A stretch of 64,000 nucleotides of DNA from Candidatus Hydrogenedentota bacterium (GCA_963668025.2 CAXXTH010000010.1:128001-192000); one strand, 5' to 3'. Counted from the first letter of the stretch, positions 40,416 through 51,251 are shown. Notes: generated from the letters alone by a model not told the origin. Program-made: numbers and translations.

Positions 40416-41404
40416 TCGCTGGATTCGTATTCATACTGGCCGCACTCGGACAATCGCCGGAAACACGCATTCCGGCCCTTCTCGAGAGCGATCCGGAACT
40501 ACTGGCGCAGCATCGGACCTACATGGCGCTGGTTCAATCGCCAGTGGGAGGCAAAGGCTTGGCGGTTTCAGAACGGGGCTATGTCGCACTGCTGTCTTCA
40601 CCGGAATTCGAGAACCTGACGAAGGCCATGAACGCCGTTCTGGAAAAACACCCCCAAATGGCGAAAGCCGTGGAACGATTCAACGAGACGCTGGAACAGC
40701 ATCCAGAAATCGAAAACTCCCTCGACACCTTAAAAAAATGGCGGCAAACCCATCCGGGCGAACAAGCCGATTTGTCATCCATCATTAATGACTTAGCATC
40801 CCAAAACAAAAGCCTTCCAGGCGCCCAAGGGCCTGCTGCTGCTATGCTGGAAAAACACCCGGAACTGCGCAGTTTGCTCACTAATCTATCCAGCGGCCTC
40901 GGAGAGGACGCCCAAGCGCGGCAAGGGCTTCAGGGATGGTGGGAAACGATGGGCGCGTTGCGCGGCGGAGGCATGGGCGCACAAACACCGGGAGAGCTTC
41001 TCGCGCAGCCAAACGCCGCGCTGGCGAAGCTGCTAATGGAGCAAGCCGGAAAAGTGGCTCAAGCCATGGAACCAGAAACCCAATGGCTGCAAGACTGGCA
41101 TGACCGTATTCGCAAAGATCCCGAACTGGGTGTGGCATATTGGCAATACGTCGATTATGCGCTGCACCATCCGCAAGCGGCGCGCACCACGGAATTGGGC
41201 TGGAAAACCCAATTCGGAGCCTCGCCACAATGGCCGCCCAGCGATTTATCGGCATCGCAATCCGAAGACACTTCCGAGGCCAGCAAGTCCGCATCAGACA
41301 AAAGCAAAAGCGCCTCCCGCCGCCAGCGGCCCGATAAACCGAAATGGCCTTCCATCCAGCGCCCCACCGCACCCACCCGCCCCAAACGCCCGACAGCGGA
41401 GTGA
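40412..41404 (+). CDS. Exported hypothetical protein, helical with a low-complexity S/K/P/R tail
   Basis: ATGA overlap with the upstream gene; short hydrophobic N-terminus; no family recognised. Confidence 0.6.
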   Translation: MIAGFVFILAALGQSPETRIPALLESDPELLAQHRTYMALVQSPVGGKGLAVSERGYVALLSSPEFENLTKAMNAVLEKHPQMAKAVERFNETLEQHPEIENSLDTLKKWRQTHPGEQADLSSIINDLASQNKSLPGAQGPAAAMLEKHPELRSLLTNLSSGLGEDAQARQGLQGWWETMGALRGGGMGAQTPGELLAQPNAALAKLLMEQAGKVAQAMEPETQWLQDWHDRIRKDPELGVAYWQYVDYALHHPQAARTTELGWKTQFGASPQWPPSDLSASQSEDTSEASKSASDKSKSASRRQRPDKPKWPSIQRPTAPTRPKRPTAE

Positions 41405-41522
41405 AGCGGCATGGCCGCAACCAAACAGCCCGCTTTTTTAACCGCGAATAAACGCGAATGAATCATCTCGATATAGTTTCAAGGGAATTGTGCTTTGCGT
41501 GGCGTGCTACTTGAGTTTTACT

Positions 41523-41546
41523 CGTAGCATGGGCGTCTCGCCCATG
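41523..41546 (+). repeat. REP-like palindrome, family B, single arm
   Basis: cgtagcatgggcgtctcgcccatg. Confidence 0.75.
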
Positions 41547-41548
41547 TC

Positions 41549-41680
41549 TTAGGGTGCAGGGTCTAGGGTTTAGGGTCTAGCCAAACGCCCCCAAGACCCT
41601 AAACCCAAGACCCTAAACCCAAGACCCTAAACCCAAGACCCTAAACCCAAGACCCTAAACCCAAGACCCTAAACACTAAA
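41549..41680. repeat. 7/14-bp tandem array (CCCAAGACCCTAAA)x6 with an inverted (AGGGTNN)x4 arm
   Basis: Six perfect 14-mers at 41590-41673 plus CACTAAA; agggtgc-agggtct-agggttt-agggtct at 41551-41578. Confidence 0.95.
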
Positions 41681-41864
41681 CGCCTTTGCGTGAGCCCTCT
41701 TTCCCATGGCCCCTCACGCCAAATACATCTCATATCCGCATCTATTTCCAAATGGTGGTTTTTCAATTATAAAATCCACCAATACGTAGGAAATTGGGTT
41801 ATGCGGAGCGCATAAAACTCCAAAAAACCGTGTAATGCCTGCTTGATCTGGAGCACAAATCAAT

Positions 41865-41880
41865 TGGCACACAGCTTGCT
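41865..41880 (+). promoter_or_regulatory. sigma-54 -24/-12 promoter for the EAL gene
   Basis: TGGCAC-ACAGC-TTGCT, an exact match to TGGCAC-N5-TTGC. Confidence 0.8.
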
Positions 41881-41931
41881 ATATGGTTTTTTGTACCCTA
41901 TCCCCATATGCGTATGCTGGAAGGTGGAATA

Positions 41932-43152
41932 ATGTCTGTTGATATCGCTCGGGTGCTGCGGGATGAGGCCATCGAGACTCATTTCCAACCCATTTGCATG
42001 ATCCGGGAACGGCATACATTCGGTTATGAATCCCTGGCCCGAGGCCTCTCTTCAGATGGGGAGCTCATAACTCCCTATTGCTTATTCGAGGCCGCGCGCG
42101 AACAGCATCTGCTGCTTGAGCTGGACAGGCTTTGCCGCAAGAAGGCGTTTGAGGCATTTTCCCGATGCGCTTCCAATGGCGAACGCCCGCTGCTTTTTCT
42201 CAATATCGAGACCTCGCTATTTGACTGGGATATTGTAGGCTCTGGCCAATTGTGCGCATGTGCAGCCGCGTGTGGAATCGAGCCGTCAAAGTTGGTGATC
42301 GAGATCGTGGAAAGCCGCGCCAAGGATTCAACGGCCCTCGAGCAATTTGTCCGCATCCACCGGGAGGCGGGCTTTCTCATTGCGTTGGATGATGTGGGAA
42401 GCGGCCATTCGAATCTCGATCGCATCGGCTGGCTGCGTCCTGATTTCATCAAAATTGACCGCTCGCTCATTCATGGCATGCCGGGTGACTATTACCGCCG
42501 TGCCGTGTTTAAGTCTTTGGCCGATATGGCGCACCGAGTGGGCGCTTTGGTGGTGGCGGAAGGCATTGAAAACATGGATGAGGCATTGCTTTCCCTCGAG
42601 CTGGGGGCGGAGATTCTCCAAGGCTACCATCTCGCCAGGCCAGACGCGGATCGCGTGGCCGCCAGGGAGATCGCGAATGAGATGTCCCAGCGCATCGCTA
42701 CTATGTTTCGCGGCCACATGATTCGCAGCATCATGGCGCGTAAAGAAGAGCACCAATCATTTTCCGAGACCGTCGAGTGCATCATCAGCATGCTGCGTGA
42801 AGCCGATGAAGGCGCTTTCGAGGAAGTGCTCGAACAATGCGCCCAGTCCTTCAACAACCTCGAATGTCTCTATATCCTGGATGCGAAAAGCGGGATTCAA
42901 GTCACGGAAACCATATTCGACAGCGCATTAGGGCCTGCCCGGCCGACGTTATTCCGCCCAGCCCAGAAGAATGCGGACCACTCGATGAAAGAATACTTCT
43001 TCCCGCTGCAATCAGGCCTGAATCGATATGTCACGGAGCCTTACATCAGCATGGCCACGGGTAACCGCTGCGTCACCGTATCCCAGCCTTTCGACTCGCA
43101 ATACGGCCGGAACTTGATCTTGTGCGTGGACTTGCTGCCCGCCGTGTTGTGA
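41932..43152 (+). CDS. EAL-domain c-di-GMP phosphodiesterase with C-terminal PDC/YkuI-like domain
   Basis: FQPI, ESLAR, EIVE, LDDVGSGHS, KIDRS, AEGIE, QGY; C-terminal TEPYISMATG. Start may be 41908. Confidence 0.88.
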   Translation: MSVDIARVLRDEAIETHFQPICMIRERHTFGYESLARGLSSDGELITPYCLFEAAREQHLLLELDRLCRKKAFEAFSRCASNGERPLLFLNIETSLFDWDIVGSGQLCACAAACGIEPSKLVIEIVESRAKDSTALEQFVRIHREAGFLIALDDVGSGHSNLDRIGWLRPDFIKIDRSLIHGMPGDYYRRAVFKSLADMAHRVGALVVAEGIENMDEALLSLELGAEILQGYHLARPDADRVAAREIANEMSQRIATMFRGHMIRSIMARKEEHQSFSETVECIISMLREADEGAFEEVLEQCAQSFNNLECLYILDAKSGIQVTETIFDSALGPARPTLFRPAQKNADHSMKEYFFPLQSGLNRYVTEPYISMATGNRCVTVSQPFDSQYGRNLILCVDLLPAVL

Positions 43153-43174
43153 ACCGCCGAAAAATGGCTTCGCG

Positions 43175-44248
43175 TCAAATGCCTTCGCCCGGCGAATTGA
43201 CCCATGACGGCTCGGTCTGCTGGATGGCTTGGATCTCCCGGGGAATCACATATACTTGCATCTCGCGCCGGAGGCCCAGTTCCCTGTAGCGCTCTTGCGT
43301 GATGGCGGCCTGTATGGGTGCGCCCCAATGGCTGGTGAGTTCCACTTTTACATACGGGCCCGCGGGATTCACATGGTCCACTCTAGCTTGAATGGCGTTC
43401 CCGCCTATGGGGGCCATGGCGAGATCGATCAGATGCGGGCGTACATAAATCGGCATACCCGTCTTGCCATTCTCCCCGTGGCCCACGATCTTGGTCTGGC
43501 CTTGCTCGGTGCGGCCATGGAAAAGGTTCACATCACCTAGGAAGTGATATACAAAGGGATTCGCGGGATGATGGTACACCTCTTCGGGAGAGCCTACCTG
43601 CTCGATGCGCCCTTCATTCAAGATCACCACGCGGTCCGCCACCTCGAGCGCCTCTTCCTGATCATGGGTCACAAACACACTCGTCACATGAATTTCATCA
43701 TGCAAGCGCCGCAGCCAGCGCCGCAGTTCCTTGCGCACTTTGGCATCGAGCGCGCCGAAAGGCTCATCGAGCAACAACACGCTGGGCTCCATGGCCAGCG
43801 CCCGCGCTAAGGCGACCCGCTGGCGCTGCCCCCCCGATAATTGGGCGGGATACCGTGACGCCAGGTTTTCGAGCTGGACCAACTGGAGCAGCTTGTTTAC
43901 GCGTTCGCGGATCTCGGCCTTCGAGGGGCGGATGCGCCGGGGCCGCACGCGCAAGCCAAAGCCCACATTGTCAAAGACCGTCATGTGGCGGAACAGGGCG
44001 TAATGCTGGAATACAAAACCGACCCGGCGGTCTCGGACATTTTTAGACGTGGCATTTTCTCCATGCAGGATAACCGTGCCGCTGTCCGGCGTCTCGAGCC
44101 CGGCAATAATCCGCAGCAAAGTCGTTTTGCCCGAGCCGGACGGCCCGAGCAACGCCACCAATTCGCCCGTCGCCACATCAAGGCTGGCATCTTCCAGCGC
44201 CACGAATCCGCCGAACCGCTTTGATACTTGTTCAACTCGAATGCCCAT
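43175..44248 (-). CDS. cysA: Sulfate ABC transporter ATP-binding protein
   Basis: [45 protein letters not shown]. Confidence 0.95.
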   Translation of the reverse strand: MGIRVEQVSKRFGGFVALEDASLDVATGELVALLGPSGSGKTTLLRIIAGLETPDSGTVILHGENATSKNVRDRRVGFVFQHYALFRHMTVFDNVGFGLRVRPRRIRPSKAEIRERVNKLLQLVQLENLASRYPAQLSGGQRQRVALARALAMEPSVLLLDEPFGALDAKVRKELRRWLRRLHDEIHVTSVFVTHDQEEALEVADRVVILNEGRIEQVGSPEEVYHHPANPFVYHFLGDVNLFHGRTEQGQTKIVGHGENGKTGMPIYVRPHLIDLAMAPIGGNAIQARVDHVNPAGPYVKVELTSHWGAPIQAAITQERYRELGLRREMQVYVIPREIQAIQQTEPSWVNSPGEGI

Positions 44249-44251
44249 GCC

Positions 44252-45136
44252 CTATTCTCCCGCGGCTCCTGATAGATAGCGTTCGTATTCTTCGAGCTGG
44301 CGCTGTGTTTTCCATTCCGCGATTTTTTTCAGAATCAGAGTCACCAGACTCAATAGCGCCAGCAAAGACGCCACGGCAAACGCCGCCTCCGATTTATATT
44401 CGTTATACAGGATCTCGATTTGAAGCGGCATGGTAATGGTCTGGCCCCGGATATGCCCCGACACCACCGAAACCGCACCGAATTCGCCCACGGCGCGCGC
44501 GGTGCATAAAATAACTCCATAGAGAAGCCCCCAGCGGATATTGGGCAGCGTGATGCGCAAAAACGTCTGCCATCCGCTGGCCCCCAGGGCCAGAGCGGCT
44601 TCTTCATCCATATTGCCTTGCGATTCCATCAATGGGATCAATTCGCGGGCGACAAATGGAAAGGTGATGAATAGGGTCGCCAGCACCACACCAGGCATGG
44701 CGAAGATGATCTTGATGTCATGAGCGGAAAGCCAAGGCCCCAACGCGCCATGGGCTCCGAACAATAGAATGAAGATGAATCCCGAGATCACCGGCGAAAC
44801 GGTGAAAGGCAAATCAATGAGGGTCGTCAAGATGCGCTTCCCGGGAAACTCAAATTTCGCGATAGCCCACGAGGCGCATAAACCAAAGACAATATTCAAC
44901 GGCACGGCGATGCCCGCCGTAAGGAGGGTCATTCGTATCGCATGTAGCGTTTCTGGATTTCGGATGGCGTTCCAGTACACCTCCATGCCCTTGTGGAACG
45001 CATTGGCAAATACAACCACAAGAGGCAGCAGCAAGAAAAGAGCAAGAAAAATCAGAGCCAGCGCGGTAAGCGCCCACCGCACCAGCAGCGGCTCCGTCAG
45101 CACGCGCCCTCTCCTATTCGGCTTATTTTTTGGCAT
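44252..45136 (-). CDS. cysW: Sulfate ABC transporter permease CysW
   Basis: DLPFTVSPVISG, PFVAREL, GEFGAVSVVSG. Confidence 0.95.
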   Translation of the reverse strand: MPKNKPNRRGRVLTEPLLVRWALTALALIFLALFLLLPLVVVFANAFHKGMEVYWNAIRNPETLHAIRMTLLTAGIAVPLNIVFGLCASWAIAKFEFPGKRILTTLIDLPFTVSPVISGFIFILLFGAHGALGPWLSAHDIKIIFAMPGVVLATLFITFPFVARELIPLMESQGNMDEEAALALGASGWQTFLRITLPNIRWGLLYGVILCTARAVGEFGAVSVVSGHIRGQTITMPLQIEILYNEYKSEAAFAVASLLALLSLVTLILKKIAEWKTQRQLEEYERYLSGAAGE

Positions 45137-45145
45137 GAATGGCTC

Positions 45146-45988
45146 CTACGCCAGAACTATGCGCCGGCCGCTCCACCACTGCAATAAATGGATACCCAGC
45201 AGCAAGAAAAAAGATATTGTAAGCATCGTGGCGGCCAGGGCCGTGGCGCCGGTATAATCATACTCTTCCAGCCGCACCATGATGAGCAGCGGCGCGATTT
45301 CCGTGCGTAACGGCATGTTGCCTGATATGAACACAATGGACCCGTATTCGCCCAAAGCCCGCGCGAACGCCATGGCGAATCCGGTCAGGCATGCGGGTAT
45401 CAATGGAGGAAACAGGACCAGCCAGAATATCTTCCATCGGCTGGCCCCAAGGCTCGAAGCGGCTTCCTCGACTTCTTGGTCGAGATCGGCTAGAACGGGC
45501 TGGATGGTCCGCACCACGAATGGCAATCCGATGAAAGTCATGGCGACGATAATGCCTAGCGGCGTATACGCGACCTTAATCCCAAGCGGCAGCAATAAGC
45601 TGCCCATCCACCCGTTGGTGCTGTAAATAGAAGTGAGCGATATGCCCGCGACGGCCGTGGGCAGGGCGAATGGCAGGTCTACCACGGCGTCGATGATGCC
45701 TTTGCCCGGAAATGTATACCGTTCGAGCACCCAGGCCACCACGAAGCCAAAGACTACGTTGATAAGCGCTGCTTTTGCGGCAGCGGTGAAACTGAGCGTT
45801 AGCGCGGCGAGTGCGCGAGGCGACGTTATCGCATGCCAAAGACCCTCTCCCCCCATGCCGGCCGCCCGGATGAACAGCATGGAAAGAGGGATCAAGACCA
45901 GCAGGCTCAGATAGGTGAGCGTGAAGCCTAACGTGAAGCCGAAGCCGGGGATCCGGCTTCGGCTTTGAGACCTAAAAAACGTCATCAA
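45146..45988 (-). CDS. cysT: Sulfate ABC transporter permease CysT
   Basis: [28 protein letters not shown]. Confidence 0.95.
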   Translation of the reverse strand: MMTFFRSQSRSRIPGFGFTLGFTLTYLSLLVLIPLSMLFIRAAGMGGEGLWHAITSPRALAALTLSFTAAAKAALINVVFGFVVAWVLERYTFPGKGIIDAVVDLPFALPTAVAGISLTSIYSTNGWMGSLLLPLGIKVAYTPLGIIVAMTFIGLPFVVRTIQPVLADLDQEVEEAASSLGASRWKIFWLVLFPPLIPACLTGFAMAFARALGEYGSIVFISGNMPLRTEIAPLLIMVRLEEYDYTGATALAATMLTISFFLLLGIHLLQWWSGRRIVLA

Positions 45989-46012
45989 GTATGTTCCCTG
46001 AATTCTCCTACA

Positions 46013-47035
46013 TCAGTTGGCGCCTGGCTGATATATTTGATCAAACGTGCCGCCCTCTGCAAAGTGTTTTTGCTGGGCTTGAGCCCACGAGCCGAAATAC
46101 TTCGTCAGCAGGAAAGCGGGCGCTTTCGGAAATTGGCTGGCGTATTTCTCCGCAACCGCAGCGTTGGTGGGCCGGTAATAATGCTTGGCCGCGATTTCCT
46201 GGCCCGCTTCCGAATACAAGTATTCGAGATAGGCCTGTGCGACTTCCCGCGTGCCATGCTTGTCAACATTTTTATCCACTAAGGCCACAGGCGGCTCCGC
46301 TACGATGGTAACAGATGGAACCACGATTTCATACTCGCCTGGATCAAGACTCTTAATCGTCAGCAATGCTTCGTTTTCCCATGCCAGCAACACATCACCG
46401 GTGCCCCGGAGAAAGGTGGTCGTCGAGCCACGAGCGCCGGTATCCAGCACAGGGACGTTTTGGAACAGCTTTTTCACAAACTCTTGCGCTTCCGCTTCCG
46501 TGCCGCCCTTTTCGAGGATATAGCCCCACGCCGCGAGGTAGTTCCAGCGCGCGCCGCCCGAGGTCTTGGGATTGGGCGTAATAATGGAAACGCCAGGTTT
46601 TACCAAATCATCCCAGTCCTTGATGCCTTTCGGATTGTCTTTGCGCACGAGAAACACGATGGTGGAGGTGTACGGCGAACTGTTCAACGTCAAGCGTTGC
46701 TGCCAGTCCGCAGGCAAAAGCGACGATTTCTCGGCGATGGCGTCTATGTCATACGCCAGCGCCAAGGTTACGACATCGGCCTCGAGCCCGTCGATGACCG
46801 AACGGGCTTGCTTGCCGGAACCGCCATGCGACTGTTGGATGGCCACTTCCTGGCCTGTTTTCTCTTTCCAATAGGCCGCAAAGACTTTGTTATAATCTTC
46901 GTACAGCTCCCGTGTGGGATCATACGAGACATTGAGCAATTCAATAGGTTTCGGGGCTTGTGCGAAGCTTAACGGCTGCCATGCCAGCCCCATGAGTGTT
47001 GCCGCTAGAATGGAAACACCGAGTACATACCGCAT
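46013..47035 (-). CDS. sbp: Sulfate ABC transporter substrate-binding protein
   Basis: [44 protein letters not shown]. Confidence 0.95.
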   Translation of the reverse strand: MRYVLGVSILAATLMGLAWQPLSFAQAPKPIELLNVSYDPTRELYEDYNKVFAAYWKEKTGQEVAIQQSHGGSGKQARSVIDGLEADVVTLALAYDIDAIAEKSSLLPADWQQRLTLNSSPYTSTIVFLVRKDNPKGIKDWDDLVKPGVSIITPNPKTSGGARWNYLAAWGYILEKGGTEAEAQEFVKKLFQNVPVLDTGARGSTTTFLRGTGDVLLAWENEALLTIKSLDPGEYEIVVPSVTIVAEPPVALVDKNVDKHGTREVAQAYLEYLYSEAGQEIAAKHYYRPTNAAVAEKYASQFPKAPAFLLTKYFGSWAQAQQKHFAEGGTFDQIYQPGAN

Positions 47036-47162
47036 ATGACAGGTTCCTTTCCTATCTTGACCGTTTTCACGGGCCGCTATTCTTGCTGCAAAGGCCTCAT
47101 TGGCATTATATTGCCAGAGGCTTGTATAGATTCTGGCGCACAGACCATTTCATCGTGTAGAA

Positions 47163-47178
47163 AGCAATCGGTATGCCA
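47163..47178 (-). promoter_or_regulatory. sigma-54 -24/-12 promoter for the sulfate operon
   Basis: The reverse strand reads TGGCAT-ACCGA-TTGCT, about 130 bp upstream of sbp. Confidence 0.75.
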
Positions 47179-47406
47179 GGAATAGGAAAGGCTGCCCAGG
47201 CTCCATTTTTACAAGCGGATGGATAGCGACTGTTTTTTGTAAGCCACTTAATACAAACGAATTACAAGAAATGCGCCCCTCCCGGCAAAGGTAAGGAACG
47301 TGGCCGTATAGAATTTTGATTTCAGTTCACCTTAGGCGCTACCCTAGATTCCGTTAAATTTAACGGACTCATCTGTACATATAACTTGGAAATACCGTGA
47401 AATAAC

Positions 47407-48975
47407 ATGGAACCCATCCACAGCATCTCAGAAATTCTCTTGCATGTATGGCGGCAAGTCTCGCGAAACAATAATCTCAACACGTCCACCGCCGCCATCC
47501 TCAAAACGCTTGCGCCGCATATGCCCATATCTTCCGCTGTGCTTCTGCACGCCATCCGGGAGAAGGGCTGTATCGAGGCCATCGCCGCGGAAGGTGTGGA
47601 CGCGCCACTTTCCTTGGCGGAGAGCCGGATAGAATTAGCCCCCAGCGCCCTGGATGGGCTTAGCCAATGGGCCGTTTCCGGAAAACCGGCGCTATTCGCC
47701 TCCGCACCATCTGTTCTCACGGTCTTGCGCCCATTTTTACGGGCCAAAAGCGTGATGGTGGGGCCGTTGCATAACCAGCTTGGCCCGCAGGGCCTGCTGC
47801 TTCTGGGCGCAAGCGGCAATGCCGTTTTTACCCCTGGGCATCTGGAAGTCATGGACGCTCTGATCGAGCCTTTTTCGGCGGCGCTGGACAATGACCATCG
47901 GTTGCGTGAGTTGACGGCATACCGGGAAGCCGCCGAGGCCGATAAACGTTCCTTATTGAACCGCCTGGGACGGCGTGAGCTGGGCGACACCATCGTTGGA
48001 GCGGATTCCGGGCTCCATTCCGTGATGACCCGGATTAGTTTGGTGGCCCCTTCGGACGCGCCGGTATTGATTCTGGGCGAAACCGGCACGGGAAAAGAAT
48101 TGGTGGCGCGGGCCATTCACCGCCAGTCCTCCCGCGCCGAAGGGCCATTCATTCGTGTGAATTGCGGGGCAATTCCCCCCGAGCTGATCGACTCACACCT
48201 GTTTGGGCATGAAAAAGGCGCTTTCACGGGGGCCGTCGAGGCGCGGAAAGGCTGGTTCGAACGGGCCGATGGCGGCACGTTATTCCTGGATGAAGTGGGC
48301 GAACTGCCCGCCGCCGCCCAGGTCCGCCTGCTGCATATCTTGCAAGATGGCTGGTTCGAACGGGTGGGTGGGAACAAACCGGTCAATGTGAATGTGCGCA
48401 TCGTGGCCGCCACCCACCGCGATCTGGCCGCTTTCGCCGCCGAAGGCCGGTTCCGGGAAGACCTCTGGTACCGTATTGCGGTATTCCCCGTCCTCTTGCC
48501 TCCCTTGCGGGAACGGCGGGAGGATATTCCCGCGATGGCGCGCCATTTCGCCGAACGGGCCGCTATCCGGTTCGGCCTTGCCTCGCTCATGCCCTCGGAG
48601 GCCGATCTGGCTCTGCTCAATTCCTATGATTGGCCGGGCAATGTGCGGGAACTCGGCACCGTAATGGACCGCGCCGCTATCTTGGGCGACGGAAAGACGC
48701 TTGAAGTGGCCAAAGCACTGGGGATTTCGCCCTCCGCCCCGCCGCCAGCTCCTCTGATCACACGCCACCCCTCCATGGAAACAGAGTTTTGCTCTCTGGA
48801 CGAAGCCATGCGCCGCCATATCGTCAAAGCCTTGTCCCTCACCCGGGGGCGGATCGAAGGCCCTTATGGGGCCGCCCGGCTCTTGCAGCTCAATCCACAC
48901 ACCCTTCGGGCGCGCATGCGCAAGCTGGGCATCGCCTGGGAGCAATACCGGGCAGCCCAAAACCCTTCCCCGTGA
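47407..48975 (+). CDS. sigma-54-dependent enhancer-binding protein (GAF-like + AAA+ + Fis HTH, FhlA-like)
   Basis: GETGTGKE, GAFTGA, FLDEVGE, RFREDLWYR, WPGNVREL, C-terminal HTH. Confidence 0.92.
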   Translation: MEPIHSISEILLHVWRQVSRNNNLNTSTAAILKTLAPHMPISSAVLLHAIREKGCIEAIAAEGVDAPLSLAESRIELAPSALDGLSQWAVSGKPALFASAPSVLTVLRPFLRAKSVMVGPLHNQLGPQGLLLLGASGNAVFTPGHLEVMDALIEPFSAALDNDHRLRELTAYREAAEADKRSLLNRLGRRELGDTIVGADSGLHSVMTRISLVAPSDAPVLILGETGTGKELVARAIHRQSSRAEGPFIRVNCGAIPPELIDSHLFGHEKGAFTGAVEARKGWFERADGGTLFLDEVGELPAAAQVRLLHILQDGWFERVGGNKPVNVNVRIVAATHRDLAAFAAEGRFREDLWYRIAVFPVLLPPLRERREDIPAMARHFAERAAIRFGLASLMPSEADLALLNSYDWPGNVRELGTVMDRAAILGDGKTLEVAKALGISPSAPPPAPLITRHPSMETEFCSLDEAMRRHIVKALSLTRGRIEGPYGAARLLQLNPHTLRARMRKLGIAWEQYRAAQNPSP

Positions 48976-48994
48976 TTACTAACCGCTCGTTTTG

Positions 48995-49146
48995 TGTAAC
49001 ATTATAGCCAAGTGGTGAAGAATGACCGGCGAGGGCGCCGGTCCCACACCGTGATTACTTTATAACGTGTGGGACCGACGCCCTCGTCGGTCGACAAATG
49101 CAAAATGATGTATCAATACCGGTGAAAGAGAATAACAAGGCTGCCA
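48995..49146 (+). mobile_element. MITE-family copy (left end TGTAACA) carrying a REP-like doublet
   Basis: Aligns by eye with 52798-52899; contains gaccggcgagggcgccggtcccac ... gtgggaccgacgccctcgtcggtc. Confidence 0.6.
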
Positions 49147-49623
49147 GAAATTTGGGTGGGCTCCTCCCTGAACGGTAGGGCAAGCCTACAAGATTTGAAG
49201 CTATTTTGATCCACAGATGACACTGATGAGCAATTGATAACGGAGTTACCTGAGCACAAAGTATCCCATTTGAAATTTTAGTGTATTTAGTGTATTTCGT
49301 GGTCTAAAATCCGACTTTCTGGTGAAGAGGCCCCTTCTTTGTGATTACAATTTCTTAACAATCTCCGTAACGAAAGAGCTCGATTTCATCAAAAATCACA
49401 ATATGTATTCCCATGCTTTTAAATGGAATGAGAATACACCGCTCTTCTGGCGTTTAAAATATATAACGCACTTAAATATCTGTAAAATAACAAGATAAAT
49501 ATTCTGCTCCGCATCCTTTTCTACTTCCATGCGCAATTTTTGAATGCATATACATGTATATACGCGCAAGGAGAAAAAATGGACTCGTCAGTTAATTATT
49601 GACAATTTGCCACATTATTCACG

Positions 49624-49652
49624 TTGTCAAAACCCCGATTCCCCGATACAAT
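49624..49652 (+). promoter_or_regulatory. sigma-70-type promoter of prepilin-like gene 1
   Basis: TTGTCA-N17-TACAAT, conserved in the paralogous upstream region. Confidence 0.65.
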
Positions 49653-49776
49653 CCTGTCAGGTTACGGCAAGCACAGTCGAATACAGCAGGCGCATTGAAA
49701 AGGAAAAACAGACCGCTTGCTTGCCGGTTTTCAGGATGCTGGCGAAAGAACATATACACTCGAGGAGTAACAAGCC

Positions 49777-50910
49777 ATGAGAAAACAATCTGGGTTCACG
49801 CTTATCGAATTGTTGGTCGTCATCGCGATTATCGCAATCCTGGCGGCCATATTGCTCCCGGCGCTGGCGCGCGCCCGGGAAGCAGCGCGGCGCGCATCAT
49901 GCCAATCCAACCTCAAGCAATGGGGGGTGATTTGCGCCATGTATGCGGGCGAGAACAGCAGCAAATATCCCGCCCAATGGAAATACACCCAGGGAGTGGA
50001 CAGTGATGGATATCCCTTGGTGGGCGCGCTCGGTATTGATTCGTCGGATCTGTATCCCGATTATTGGAACGATGTGCATATCAAGATATGCCCATCCGAT
50101 TCCCGGGCGGAGACCCGCACTTCGGACGATGTCTCGCGCAATGGCGTGGTTGAAGATGATGTCGCCACCCAAGTCCAAACCATTTCCGCCGTGGCGGCGG
50201 GTACGGACGCCCTTGTTGGCGCACGCAGCGCGTGCATGCATGCCATCATTGGCGCTCCCACCTCGTATATTTACTGTCCGTGGGCGGTCACTACCGCTTC
50301 CCAACTCTCCGACGCCCTGCGTATCACCTATGCTTCCATGCGCTACGGCACAGTCGCGGTTTGGGACGGCATCGAATACACCGGGATGCAGTCCTCCATT
50401 GACTCCACTTGTCCGGAGACGATTTGGGCGCTGTATAACAGCAGCTACAGCTACTACCCCGGCCAAAGCGATATCAATAGCAGCTTGGTGACGGCCGTGC
50501 GCGGCTCCAGCGCCGTTTATGATGATGATGGCGCGTCCACGCTTCCTACATCCTATTACCGGACCAAGGAAGGCATCGAGCGGTTCTTCATCACCGACAT
50601 CAATAATCCCGCTTCGGGCGCACGGGGCCAGAGCACCTTCCCAATCATGTGGGACGCCTGGAGCGCGGCCCAAGTGGGCGGTGACACCTCGAACCTCTCG
50701 GGTGCGGCTTCCTTCAACCACATCCCCGGCGGATGCAACGTCCTCTACATGGACGGGCACGTGGAGTTTGTCCGGCTGAACGCCAAATTCCCCGCCTTGA
50801 CCGACCTGGATGACGTCACCACCGGCTCCCAGACCCCCCTAGCGACCATCACCTATAACGACCGGCCATTCTTCCACTACTGGGCCAGCCAGTGGGGTGG
50901 TTGGAACTGA
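49777..50910 (+). CDS. Prepilin-type N-terminal cleavage/methylation protein with DUF1559 and H-X9-DG domain
   Basis: [43 protein letters not shown]; [18 protein letters not shown]. Confidence 0.92.
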   Translation: MRKQSGFTLIELLVVIAIIAILAAILLPALARAREAARRASCQSNLKQWGVICAMYAGENSSKYPAQWKYTQGVDSDGYPLVGALGIDSSDLYPDYWNDVHIKICPSDSRAETRTSDDVSRNGVVEDDVATQVQTISAVAAGTDALVGARSACMHAIIGAPTSYIYCPWAVTTASQLSDALRITYASMRYGTVAVWDGIEYTGMQSSIDSTCPETIWALYNSSYSYYPGQSDINSSLVTAVRGSSAVYDDDGASTLPTSYYRTKEGIERFFITDINNPASGARGQSTFPIMWDAWSAAQVGGDTSNLSGAASFNHIPGGCNVLYMDGHVEFVRLNAKFPALTDLDDVTTGSQTPLATITYNDRPFFHYWASQWGGWN

Positions 50911-50933
50911 CCTTCCCTATGCCCTCTCCCCAT

Positions 50934-50987
50934 CCCGCGGCGGGCGGATAACGTCCCCATCGAGCCCGCCGCGGGCCTCCCTTTTTT
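50934..50987 (+). terminator. Intrinsic terminator
   Basis: cccgcggcgggc...gcccgccgcggg followed by a C/T tract. Confidence 0.6.
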
Positions 50988-51251
50988 CCTCACTTCTCCA
51001 ATTTCGTGCAAACCACCCCCCTCCTTTTTCCTCCCAGCCCTACTTTTTGAAGAAAAATATGGACAAAATAGGTTAAGATATCTCTTTACACATAAACTAA
51101 TATTACTTTATATATTCTTGCTTTTATTTATGCATGTATATTTTTATGTACCTAATTTATAAGACTATATGCATTTAATATTATGTATATTCTCGCACGT
51201 GAAAAATGCACGAAATTGGTTTACTCTTTACAAAAAAGCATATAATTCATA

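Noticed and set aside
41590-41673. Tandem array as a CRISPR
   Set aside because: Contiguous 14-bp units with no spacers, and no cas genes in the window.
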